Source of the DNA: Candidatus Levyibacteriota bacterium
Lineage (GTDB): Bacteria > Patescibacteriota > Microgenomatia > Levybacterales > UBA12049
Assembly (NCBI GenBank): GCA_963790825.1
Contig: CAWBPM010000003.1
Coordinates: 1 to 54,352 of the forward strand
Direction: 5' to 3'
Length of the DNA stretch: 54,352 nt
Below, one piece after another: positions 1 to 7,946 of this stretch; the first letter of the stretch is position 1, and every line of letters begins with the position of its first letter. Below the pieces are notes generated by a model. The model saw nothing but the letters and a program-made list of their open reading frames with translations, did not search any database and was not told the origin of the DNA. Position numbers and translations under genes: made by a program.

Positions 1-1625
1 GGTGCTGCTGTTTCAGAGCCGTAAATCGAGGAGGTTGGCCGGTTTATAATAACAAGCATTAAAAATCTCGGATTTTCGGCGGGACCAAAGCCGATAAATG
101 ATGCAATTGTTTTAGTTGGATCGTAATGACCGGCAATTGGAATTTGGGCCGTACCTGTTTTTCCCGCAATTCGGTAGCCGGGAAGCTTTGTCCATTTCGA
201 TTCGCCGTTCTCAACAGCATTTACCATAATCTCTGTCATTATTTTCGCAGTCTTTGCTGAAATCGGCTGAGAAAGAACTTTTGCTGGAATCGGAATGATA
301 TCCCCCTCCGGGGTTTGGATAGATGCTACCACATGCGGCTCCATCCGGTTTCCATTATTGGCAATTGCTGAGAAAGCAGTGAGAAGTTCAATGGGCGTAA
401 CAGAGATTCCTTGTCCGAAAGCAGTTGTCGCATAATCAATAGGATACCAGGAATCCTGTGGTCTCATAAACGGTGTCACTTCACCCTGTAAGTCGATTCC
501 GGTTTGTTGTCCAATACCGAATTTATTCAGATATGAGAACATTCTGTCATGTCCTAGTACTTCTGAGACATAGACCATGCCCACATTATCGGAGTTTTGG
601 ATTACATCAATCATGTTTTCATTTGGCTGGTACTGATCATTCCATGTATGTATCTCATATCCGCCAATTGAAACCGGACCTGTGCAAATCGGACAATGGG
701 TGTCAGGTTTTAATAGGCTTGCATCTATCGCCGATGCCATGATTAACGGTTTAAATGTACTTCCCGGCTCATAGGTATCGGTAATAATCGGATTCTTATA
801 TAAATCATCCGGGTATTCTGTGTAGTTTCCCGGATCGAACGAAGGAAATGCCCCCATCGCCAGAATACCCCCTGTTTTTGGATCCATAACTACTGCTGAG
901 CCGCTGTCCGCGCCATACAGTTTGATTCCTTTTTTTAATTCGCTTTCCAGCATAAACTGAATTGTTCTATCGATATGAAGCGTGAGAGTTCTTCCGTCGG
1001 TTTCCGGCCCCTCCGTATTCATTTTCGCCAGGATCGGATGGCCTAGTGCATCGTGAATTTGCACTGCATAACTGCTTTTTCCTTTTAATTGTAAATCATA
1101 AAACCCCTCCAGACCAAAATAGCCTTTAGGATTTCCCAGGTCGTCCTTCCCGACAAAACCTAATAATTTTGCGGCCATTGAAGCTTCAGGATAAAACCTG
1201 ACTGATTGTTCTTCAAATCCGACACCCGGTAATTGCAGTTTGCTAATTTTCTCTTTTGTGTCATTGTTAATTGCCGACTTGAGTGCTACCCAATATTTAT
1301 CTTGGTTTGCCGATAGGAGCGCGCTGATACTACTGCTTTCCGTATCCAAGAACGGAGCAAGCTTATGGGCAGTTTCTTTATCATCTTTTACTTCTTTCGG
1401 ATTGATAAAGACAAGGTAACCTAGACGGTTCGCTGCAATTGGAAATCCGTCATTTGCTTTAATCTCGCCTCTTTCAGGAGTTAGCTGGATAGTATTTCCA
1501 TATTGTGCCTCTCCCATTTCTGTCAGTTCCTCCGCGCGTACCGTCTGCCAATAAAACAAGCGTGTAAGAATTGTCAAAAAAAATCCAATGAACAGAAATA
1601 AAATAAATCGATATCGCCAACTCAT
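1..1625 (-). CDS. ftsI: Class B penicillin-binding protein (FtsI/PBP2-type transpeptidase), runs off the left edge; absent from ORF track
   Basis: Manual translation of segments from ATG 1625 (ATGA overlap with upstream stop): MSWRYRFILFLFIGFFLTILTRLFYWQ (TM anchor), PERGEI, YEPGSTFKP (SxxK), NSDNVG (SxN), AGKTGTAQ (KTG); canonical position after mraZ-rsmH-ftsL. Confidence 0.93.
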   Translation of the reverse strand, partial: MSWRYRFILFLFIGFFLTILTRLFYWQTVRAEELTEMGEAQYGNTIQLTPERGEIKANDGFPIAANRLGYLVFINPKEVKDDKETAHKLAPFLDTESSSISALLSANQDKYWVALKSAINNDTKEKISKLQLPGVGFEEQSVRFYPEASMAAKLLGFVGKDDLGNPKGYFGLEGFYDLQLKGKSSYAVQIHDALGHPILAKMNTEGPETDGRTLTLHIDRTIQFMLESELKKGIKLYGADSGSAVVMDPKTGGILAMGAFPSFDPGNYTEYPDDLYKNPIITDTYEPGSTFKPLIMASAIDASLLKPDTHCPICTGPVSIGGYEIHTWNDQYQPNENMIDVIQNSDNVGMVYVSEVLGHDRMFSYLNKFGIGQQTGIDLQGEVTPFMRPQDSWYPIDYATTAFGQGISVTPIELLTAFSAIANNGNRMEPHVVASIQTPEGDIIPIPAKVLSQPISAKTAKIMTEIMVNAVENGESKWTKLPGYRIAGKTGTAQIPIAGHYDPTKTIASFIGFGPAENPRFLMLVIINRPTSSIYGSETAA

Positions 1626-1906
1626 TGTGTATAAGCTATCGGTAACGGAGCCGGTATGACAACTTCTAATTTATCTTGTGTGAATCCTTCTTTTTGCGCC
1701 TGAGCAGAGATATAGGTTAACGATGAAACTTTAAGTATTTGTTCTTCAAGTAACTCATTTTTCTTTCTATAGCTGTCAATTTGATCCTGTAATGTACCCA
1801 ATGTCAAACCGGTCGTTGACAGATTGTTTGACACTCCGACATATACGACCGACAGCAGTATGATGACACATACCATAAACATAATAATAGTGATAGGCAG
1901 TTTCAT
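1622..1906 (-). CDS. ftsL: Small bitopic membrane protein with coiled coil, FtsL-like
   Basis: 94 aa, N-terminal TM then heptad-like stretch; lies between rsmH and ftsI. Symbol rests on synteny and architecture. Confidence 0.65.
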   Translation of the reverse strand: MKLPITIIMFMVCVIILLSVVYVGVSNNLSTTGLTLGTLQDQIDSYRKKNELLEEQILKVSSLTYISAQAQKEGFTQDKLEVVIPAPLPIAYTQ

Positions 1907-1920
1907 AAAATAAACTTTTC

Positions 1921-2820
1921 TTATTTTTTCTCAAAAACACGTAATTTTGCACTTCTGCTTCGCTGGTTCATAGTTTTTTCCTCTTCTGTCGGCTCAACCG
2001 GTTTAGTAGTTAGTATTTCTCCCAGTTTTTTCCCCGAAAAATCATTAAATGTCTGTTTCACAATTCTATCCTCAAGTGAGTGAAAAGAAATAACTACAAT
2101 TACTCCACCGCTCACGAGAAGTTCTAAACATTTCGGTAATGCCTCCCGCAAATTATTTAATTCGTCATTTACCGCAATTCTAAGCGCTTGAAATACCCTC
2201 GTTGCCGGGTGTATTTCACTTCGCGTTATAAAAACGCTTCGTTTAATAATGTCTCCCAGCTCCTCAGTCGTTTCAATCGGTTTTCTCAGACGTTCTTTTA
2301 CGATATTTCGGGCGATTCTCGCTGCGAATTTTTCTTCTCCGTATTTCAAAAAGAGCTCAGTTAACTCGTCTTTACCCAGTCCATTTAGTAAATCTTTCGC
2401 TCGGACTGCCAAATCCCGATCCATACGCATATCCAGCTCCCCGACACGTCCGAAACTAAACCCCCTCTCCCCTGTGTCTAACTGATGGCTGGAGACTCCC
2501 AAATCGAACAGTACACCATTTGCGTCATTAAAGCCGCTTTGCCTCGCAATCTCGTCGATGTCTTTAAAATTACCTTTTATTAATACTGCATCCCTCCCTA
2601 CTACAATTTTTTGACCAATGTTTTCAGTTTCTAATCTTTTCTTTGTATACGTTAACGCCTCCTGATCGGCGTCAATTCCGAGGACTCTTCCGCCTCGTTT
2701 CAATATTTCCATGCTATGACCGCCACCACCCAGAGTAGCGTCAATATATTTCTTGCCCGCTCGGACATTGAGAAATGCAATAACTTCCTTTACAAGGACA
2801 CTCGTATGATACTCATTCAT
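1921..2820 (-). CDS. rsmH: 16S rRNA m4C1402 methyltransferase RsmH (MraW)
   Basis: HTSVL, DATLGGGGHS, DLGVSSHQLD, HPATRVFQALRIAVNDEL, ISFHSLEDRIVK, RSRSAKLR. Confidence 0.97.
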   Translation of the reverse strand: MNEYHTSVLVKEVIAFLNVRAGKKYIDATLGGGGHSMEILKRGGRVLGIDADQEALTYTKKRLETENIGQKIVVGRDAVLIKGNFKDIDEIARQSGFNDANGVLFDLGVSSHQLDTGERGFSFGRVGELDMRMDRDLAVRAKDLLNGLGKDELTELFLKYGEEKFAARIARNIVKERLRKPIETTEELGDIIKRSVFITRSEIHPATRVFQALRIAVNDELNNLREALPKCLELLVSGGVIVVISFHSLEDRIVKQTFNDFSGKKLGEILTTKPVEPTEEEKTMNQRSRSAKLRVFEKK

Positions 2821-3251
2821 TCCGTGTTATTTCGGGCAAGTTTTTCTCCGATCGTTTCCATAGTTTTAAGTGCCTCGGACTGCTTCTCTTTCCACTCTTT
2901 CTTATCCCAAATTTCTACATATGTATCAAGACCAATAAACAACAGCTCTGTTTTAATTTTTCCATGCTCACGTAAATATTCAGGTAATATAAATCTGCCC
3001 TGACTGTCAAAACTAATCGTCGTTGCTCCGCCAATAAAAATTCTTCGCAAGCTCCGCACCTCCGGTAACAGAGACGACTTACCTTCAATTTCTGCTTTAA
3101 AAGCAGACCAGCTCTCTTCCGAGAAAGCAACAAGTGATTTCTCAAACCCGTATGTCAGTATTACTGTTTTACCCAACTCATCTCTAAACTCTTTTGGGAA
3201 AGCAACTCGAAATTTATCACCAATTTTTACATTATGCTGACCTGCTAACAT
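2817..3251 (-). CDS. mraZ: Division/cell wall cluster repressor MraZ (ATG 3251 preferred over TTG 3260)
   Basis: MLAGQH..KIGDKFRVAFPKEFR, DSQGRFILP, G.DTYVEIW; duplicated AbrB-like halves; upstream of rsmH. Confidence 0.95.
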   Translation of the reverse strand: MLAGQHNVKIGDKFRVAFPKEFRDELGKTVILTYGFEKSLVAFSEESWSAFKAEIEGKSSLLPEVRSLRRIFIGGATTISFDSQGRFILPEYLREHGKIKTELLFIGLDTYVEIWDKKEWKEKQSEALKTMETIGEKLARNNTE

Positions 3252-3263
3252 ATTTTCCAAAAT

Positions 3264-3290
3264 TCACCACTTTTCACCACCTATCACCAC
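3264..3290 (-). promoter_or_regulatory. MraZ operator: three direct repeats GTGGTGA at 10-bp period
   Basis: Forward TCACCAC at 3264-3270, 3274-3280, 3284-3290, just upstream of mraZ; matches known GTGG-type MraZ boxes. Confidence 0.85.
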
Positions 3291-3298
3291 TTTTAACT

Positions 3299-3327
3299 AT
3301 ATTGATACTTTTAGATAAGTTTGTCAA
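3299..3327 (-). promoter_or_regulatory. Putative sigma70 promoter of the dcw operon
   Basis: TTGACA (3327-3322), 17 bp, weak -10 CAATAT (3304-3299); start site would fall next to the MraZ boxes. Confidence 0.5.
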
Positions 3328-3366
3328 TATTTTCTTTAACAGATTAGCGCAATGAGTAGGAACTGG

Positions 3367-3381
3367 ACACAATATCTAGTG
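3367..3381. promoter_or_regulatory. NrdR-box-like palindrome upstream of mraZ
   Basis: ACACAATATCTAGTG vs NrdR consensus acaCwAtATaTwGtg; single copy. Confidence 0.5.
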
Positions 3382-3465
3382 CTTTTTGTATTACGGAGTT
3401 TGTAAGAATTTCTTAAGAGAGATAAGAATAAATTAAAATCGTTAGTTTTTAATAAAACCTACGCT

Positions 3466-3945
3466 TTATAAACTGAGTGATTGTTCTGCTTGATATACTT
3501 TACCGTTAGTTTTGCTGATTTTTAAAGTCAACTTAGCAGATGTAACTCCAGTATCATATTTACAAATGTTTCGCGAACAACTGCCTAAATCCAGAGGTTT
3601 TTCTGGTTCTATTTTTGTAACGCCCGGCTGTACATCAATTGTACCGATGACACCTCTTTGCTGATCACCGGTAGCAGTATAGGTTAACTCATAATCAACT
3701 GATTTTATTCCAGCAGGTTTCGTAATAGTAAACATAATCTGTTTATTGCTATTTAATGCCCGCATCGATAAGCCCAAATCCGAGGCTGTCAAGGTCGGAA
3801 TTATATCTGTTTGCTGATCTGAAGATTGATCCGAAGAGGCAGATGGTGTTTTATTGGCAGAGAGAATATAAAAAACACCGCTGAGTAATACGATAACAAG
3901 AACAATGATACCAATAATAATTTTTTTATCTTTTAAGAGTTGCAT
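3466..3945 (-). CDS. Hypothetical single-pass membrane protein with extracellular beta-rich domain
   Basis: N-terminal TM, S/Q/D-rich linker, LGSCSRNICKYD Cys pair; own promoter. Confidence 0.8.
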   Translation of the reverse strand: MQLLKDKKIIIGIIVLVIVLLSGVFYILSANKTPSASSDQSSDQQTDIIPTLTASDLGLSMRALNSNKQIMFTITKPAGIKSVDYELTYTATGDQQRGVIGTIDVQPGVTKIEPEKPLDLGSCSRNICKYDTGVTSAKLTLKISKTNGKVYQAEQSLSL

Positions 3946-3951
3946 TCTTAA

Positions 3952-3979
3952 ATTGTAACAATTTTTAATGGTTTGTCAA
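3952..3979 (-). promoter_or_regulatory. Sigma70 promoter, leaderless type
   Basis: TTGACA (3979-3974), 16 bp, TGn-TACAAT (3957-3952), 6 nt, ATG 3945. Confidence 0.7.
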
Positions 3980-3992
3980 CCAAAAAATATAG

Positions 3993-5732
3993 TTATCTGT
4001 ATGCTTTTGCTAAAACAGCTTCTTCTTTTAAATCGATTGCTCCGTTTGTATGCGGGTAAGGTTTTCTGCCACTGAAGCAATGCGTACAGAAAATATCCTG
4101 ACTGTGACCCGTGGCTGCTATTAATCCCTCAAGACTTATGTATCCTAGAGACTTAAATCCTAAATACTCTGCACGCCTATTAATGTCAGGAATCTGATTT
4201 GCAATCAACTCTTCCCTGGTCGGAGTCGCTACGCCATAATAACAGGAATGGGCTGACTCTGGAGAAGTGATTCTCCCATGAAGCTCCGGTATTCCAACCT
4301 CCTGTCCGATAACCCGAAGTTTTTTTAAAGTATCTCCTCGTACAATTGAATCTTCTACGATTACCCCAACCATATTTTCTTGAGGAACAATCTGTTTGGG
4401 AGTATTACTAATAATGTTAAAATTGGAGTCCATGAGATAATCAACATACTCTTTTTCTGCATCACTAAAGTTATCAAAATGGAATGAATCTTTAATGCCA
4501 TAGAACTTTGATCCATTCAGTCGTTTATCGGCAGGTTTGATAAAATTTCTCCCGTAATAAGCACTTGCTAAGATTCGCTCGTCATATATTACCCGTTCGC
4601 CCAATGTTTTCCTTGCTTCTCTAAAAAGCCCCAGTGCTCCAGGCCTCCCAGAGTTAGGAATAGCTAAAACAACCAGAGTTTTATCATCTTCAACTTCAAC
4701 AGGATGCTCTTGCCACAATCTTTGCCCGGCTCGAAAACGAGTTTTAAATATATTTTTATGCATAAAGTCACTGTCTGGTCGCATCATATAGACGAACTCA
4801 AACAAGCAAGACTGCTGCTTGTCGGCAGGTGCATATTCTATTGTTTTTACGCCGTCGTCGTCAACTTGTATTGTTTCTCCCGGACGAACTTCACGATAAT
4901 TCCTGCCTACTCCTGTATATTGGAAAGCGCATGATTCAACTGACAGGGCATATCCTTTCGTGTCTTCTCCTGTACCAACTGCTCCAATGAACCAAGGTCT
5001 CAGACCGTAGGGATCCCTGGAAGCGATCACCTGATCACCATCCGTTACTGCAAATGCCCATCCTCCCTGGAACTTTTTTTGTGCATTGATGACCTTTTCT
5101 GCAAGTGTATCTCCTTTTGCATAAACGATTGCGTTGAGCGCAACCCATGAATCGCTGTCCGGCTTATCTTCTCCTTTTTCAACTTCTCCCAAGTCTTTTT
5201 CTATTTGCTGTGCATTGGTTAAATTTCCATGGTGAGCCAGGGTGATTCCACCAAGAGTTAACGGCTGTATGTTATGAATATTTTGTGATCCACCTGCAGT
5301 GGGATATCGGGTATGCATAATTGCAATCTTAGGCTCCTCAAGTCTAGGGATTCTCATTCCTTCTTGTAGTGCAACTGCAATTGTTCCGAGTTCTCGAACA
5401 GTATCAGACCTTGGTCCACTCGCTATATGGAGTCCAACTGCTCCTTCCGCACGATGTTGTAGTGAGGTTCCACCCATAATGGCCAACGTTGTTGCGTTTA
5501 TCTCTTCGGGTTTGCTGAGATACACAGCAAATAAGCCGCACTCGCTCATAATTTTTTCCGGTTCACTGAAAGATGTGGAAGAAGTGTAAAATCCCATTGG
5601 GATAGACTGTTCGTTTTGTATTTTGTCAATTTCATGCGGGAGGAGAGTTTCTTGCTTGCCTGAAATCGCGGTGACTCTGCACGCTTTATCGAGACTGGAA
5701 AGTTGCTCTGGTGGAGGATTTTCCTTCGCCAT
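3993..5732 (-). CDS. purF: Amidophosphoribosyltransferase-like protein (divergent PurF, Fe-S type)
   Basis: SE-CGLF Ntn Cys, LQHR, HTRYPT, SRDPYGLRP, CLFEFVYMMRPDS, EDSIVRGDT, CYYG, CTHCFSG. Confidence 0.88.
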   Translation of the reverse strand: MAKENPPPEQLSSLDKACRVTAISGKQETLLPHEIDKIQNEQSIPMGFYTSSTSFSEPEKIMSECGLFAVYLSKPEEINATTLAIMGGTSLQHRAEGAVGLHIASGPRSDTVRELGTIAVALQEGMRIPRLEEPKIAIMHTRYPTAGGSQNIHNIQPLTLGGITLAHHGNLTNAQQIEKDLGEVEKGEDKPDSDSWVALNAIVYAKGDTLAEKVINAQKKFQGGWAFAVTDGDQVIASRDPYGLRPWFIGAVGTGEDTKGYALSVESCAFQYTGVGRNYREVRPGETIQVDDDGVKTIEYAPADKQQSCLFEFVYMMRPDSDFMHKNIFKTRFRAGQRLWQEHPVEVEDDKTLVVLAIPNSGRPGALGLFREARKTLGERVIYDERILASAYYGRNFIKPADKRLNGSKFYGIKDSFHFDNFSDAEKEYVDYLMDSNFNIISNTPKQIVPQENMVGVIVEDSIVRGDTLKKLRVIGQEVGIPELHGRITSPESAHSCYYGVATPTREELIANQIPDINRRAEYLGFKSLGYISLEGLIAATGHSQDIFCTHCFSGRKPYPHTNGAIDLKEEAVLAKAYR

Positions 5733-5764
5733 CTTGGTAAACTACCAAATCATTCTATAGAATT

Positions 5765-5779
5765 ACTATATCTAGTATA
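5765..5779 (-). promoter_or_regulatory. NrdR-box-like motif overlapping a TATACT -10 upstream of purF
   Basis: ACTATATCTAGT (5765-5776) shares AC(A/T)ATATCTAGT with 3369-3380; minus-strand TATACT at 5779-5774. Confidence 0.45.
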
Positions 5780-5800
5780 CTCTGAGTAGATGAACTTCTG

Positions 5801-7282
5801 TCAAGAAGCCAATTTATCGGAAAAATAATTGGCGAGATTTTCTATTTTGATTCGCTCCTGTTTTGCGCTGTCTCGGTCACGAACCGTTACTGTATTGTTA
5901 TCCAAAGTCTCAAAATCAACTGTAACACACCAGGGAGTTCCGATTTCATCTTGAGCCAAATACCGCTTTCCTATATTTCCCCGATCATCCCAGGCAATCA
6001 TAAATTTTTTCCGTAACTCCTCATAAATTCCCCGTGCTTTTGTAATTAATTCTTCTTTATTTCCCAGAAGAGGAAATACAGCCACTTTATATGAAGCAAG
6101 ATTCGGGTGCAATTTTAAAACAACTCTTTTTTCTTCTTCTGTGTATGCATCACAAAGCATCATGAGCATCAATCGGTTAATCGAGACAGCGGGTTCTATA
6201 ACATGAGGCAAGATTTTTTTACCGGTATATGGATCGGTAATTTTTAATTCTTTTTTCGAATGTTTCTCATGCTGAGCAAGGTCGTAATCTGTGCGATATG
6301 CTAATCCCCATAATTCTTTAAATCCAAAAGGAAATTTATATTCAAGGTCTTCCGTCCTCTTGCTATAAAAAGATCGCTCTTCATCGGTGTGCGGACGCCA
6401 TCTCAGATTTTCCTCACGAATGCTGAGCTTTTTTGTGACAAAGTTCCATATTTCTTTTTTCCAGGTTTCAAAAAGTTCCTCCCAGTTACTTGCCTCCGGA
6501 TCAAAGAAGTACTCTATTTCAGCCATATCAAATTCTACTGTTCGGAATATCAAATTTCCCGGTGTTATCTCATTTCGGAAACCTTTTCCTGTTTGTGCAA
6601 TCCCAAAAGGCAAACGGACGCGAGTTGAATTAATTACATTCTGAAAGTTTATAAACATTCCCTGGGCTGTCTCTCCCCGCAAATATGCTTGTCCCTGTTC
6701 ACCCTCCACTATACCAAGCTGGACTGGAAAGAGTTGGTTAAATTTGCGGACAGGAGTCCAATCATGTTTTTTACAATTAGGACATTCGGGGTCAAAAAAC
6801 TTAACTAATTTATTCAATAATTCAATTGACAATCCTTCGACTTTACCTGTTTTTACAACATTTAATAAAACTTGCTTCTCTTGGTTGTTAAAAGTTCTAT
6901 CATTCTCTGCTTCTAAAGTTTTTTTTAGTAGATCTCTTGGTATACCTGTCTGAGATTCTATGTAATCCTCCAATAGATGATCTACTCTCGTTCTTGTCTT
7001 ACAACTTTTACAGTCGATCATTGCATCCGCAAAACCAGCTGTGTGTCCTGATGCTTCCCAAATTTTGTGATGCGAGATAGAACTTGCATCAAGCCCGACA
7101 ATATCATCCTTTTTGTGGACAAACGTATCCCACCAGAGATCTCTAATATTCCGAAGTAACTCAGTCCCCGTTGGACCATAGTCATAGGTGTTTGCAAGCC
7201 CTCCATAAATCTCTGATCCGGGATAAATAAATCCGCGCCTTTTACATAACGCAACAATTTTCTCCATTAATTTTTCGTCCAT
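5801..7282 (-). CDS. glyQS: Glycine-tRNA ligase, alpha2 dimer type
   Basis: LCKRRGF, YDYGP.G, WEASGH, YLRGETAQGMF, FRNEITPGN.IFR, HVIEPA, IGKRY..QDEIGTP. Confidence 0.97.
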   Translation of the reverse strand: MDEKLMEKIVALCKRRGFIYPGSEIYGGLANTYDYGPTGTELLRNIRDLWWDTFVHKKDDIVGLDASSISHHKIWEASGHTAGFADAMIDCKSCKTRTRVDHLLEDYIESQTGIPRDLLKKTLEAENDRTFNNQEKQVLLNVVKTGKVEGLSIELLNKLVKFFDPECPNCKKHDWTPVRKFNQLFPVQLGIVEGEQGQAYLRGETAQGMFINFQNVINSTRVRLPFGIAQTGKGFRNEITPGNLIFRTVEFDMAEIEYFFDPEASNWEELFETWKKEIWNFVTKKLSIREENLRWRPHTDEERSFYSKRTEDLEYKFPFGFKELWGLAYRTDYDLAQHEKHSKKELKITDPYTGKKILPHVIEPAVSINRLMLMMLCDAYTEEEKRVVLKLHPNLASYKVAVFPLLGNKEELITKARGIYEELRKKFMIAWDDRGNIGKRYLAQDEIGTPWCVTVDFETLDNNTVTVRDRDSAKQERIKIENLANYFSDKLAS

Positions 7283-7288
7283 GAGCGT

Positions 7289-7297
7289 ATAATAGCA
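7289..7297 (-). promoter_or_regulatory. Extended -10 leaderless-type promoter of glyQS
   Basis: TGC-TATTAT, 6 nt, ATG 7282; no Shine-Dalgarno. Confidence 0.6.
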
Positions 7298-7336
7298 GAA
7301 AAAGAGAATTTTAAAAAGGTGGCTTTGTTGAGTCTT

Positions 7337-7882
7337 TTATGAGAGTTTTTCAAAGATATCTCTGCTCTTTAATTTTCGCTCCAGAATATTTTCAATGAAC
7401 GCCTGAGTATTTAACCGCTTTGAATCTTCACGTTTCTTATGCCAGTAACCAAGCAAGCTTAACAGTTCTATCTCAAAGTCGTGCAAAACTAAGAGTAAGT
7501 CATTTTCAATTATCAACTGTGATAAAACGTTTTGCATTAAATAAAATACCTGCTGATTTTCCTGATTCTCCGGACAAAACCCATCAATAAGCTCACAAAT
7601 GTGATAGGCAAATCCCACTTTGGTTAAGTCTTCTTTCAAGGGAGAAAAATTTTTAATTGTTTGGGCTTCGGTTAATATATAAAGAGAGGCCCCTCGATAA
7701 AGTGTAAGCGCTGAGTGATTAAGTAGTTCTACATGGGGCGAGCGGCGGCTGGGAATTCTTCTGATTCCCGCTGCTTTAACCGATATTTTTCCCAGGTACC
7801 TAGTAAAAATTGTCAGCATCCGATCTGCTTCTCCAAAATTTCGTCTTTTTATCACAATACCTTCTGCTTTTATTGTTCTCAT
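7337..7882 (-). CDS. recO: DNA repair protein RecO (short form)
   Basis: EGIVIKRRNFGEADRMLTIFT..GKI...A.GIR; FE..LL..LGY; next to glyQS. Confidence 0.92.
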   Translation of the reverse strand: MRTIKAEGIVIKRRNFGEADRMLTIFTRYLGKISVKAAGIRRIPSRRSPHVELLNHSALTLYRGASLYILTEAQTIKNFSPLKEDLTKVGFAYHICELIDGFCPENQENQQVFYLMQNVLSQLIIENDLLLVLHDFEIELLSLLGYWHKKREDSKRLNTQAFIENILERKLKSRDIFEKLS

Positions 7883-7946
7883 AGAGAAAATGGCAATATA
7901 TTTTAGTTTAGCCTACTTGGGGAATTTCGGCAAGTTTACGCGTGTT

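Noticed and set aside
473-742. 89-aa plus-strand ORF
   Set aside because: Antisense to ftsI, no motifs; the same applies to the many short track ORFs nested in or opposite long genes
3264-3290. Short repeats as CRISPR or iterons
   Set aside because: 7-nt units with 3-nt spacers, explained by MraZ boxes; no CRISPR-size repeats or cas genes seen in the window
3403-3418. TAAGAA-T-TTCTTA and TCTTAAGA palindromes
   Set aside because: Short and AT-only, with no GC stem or U-tract; expected by chance
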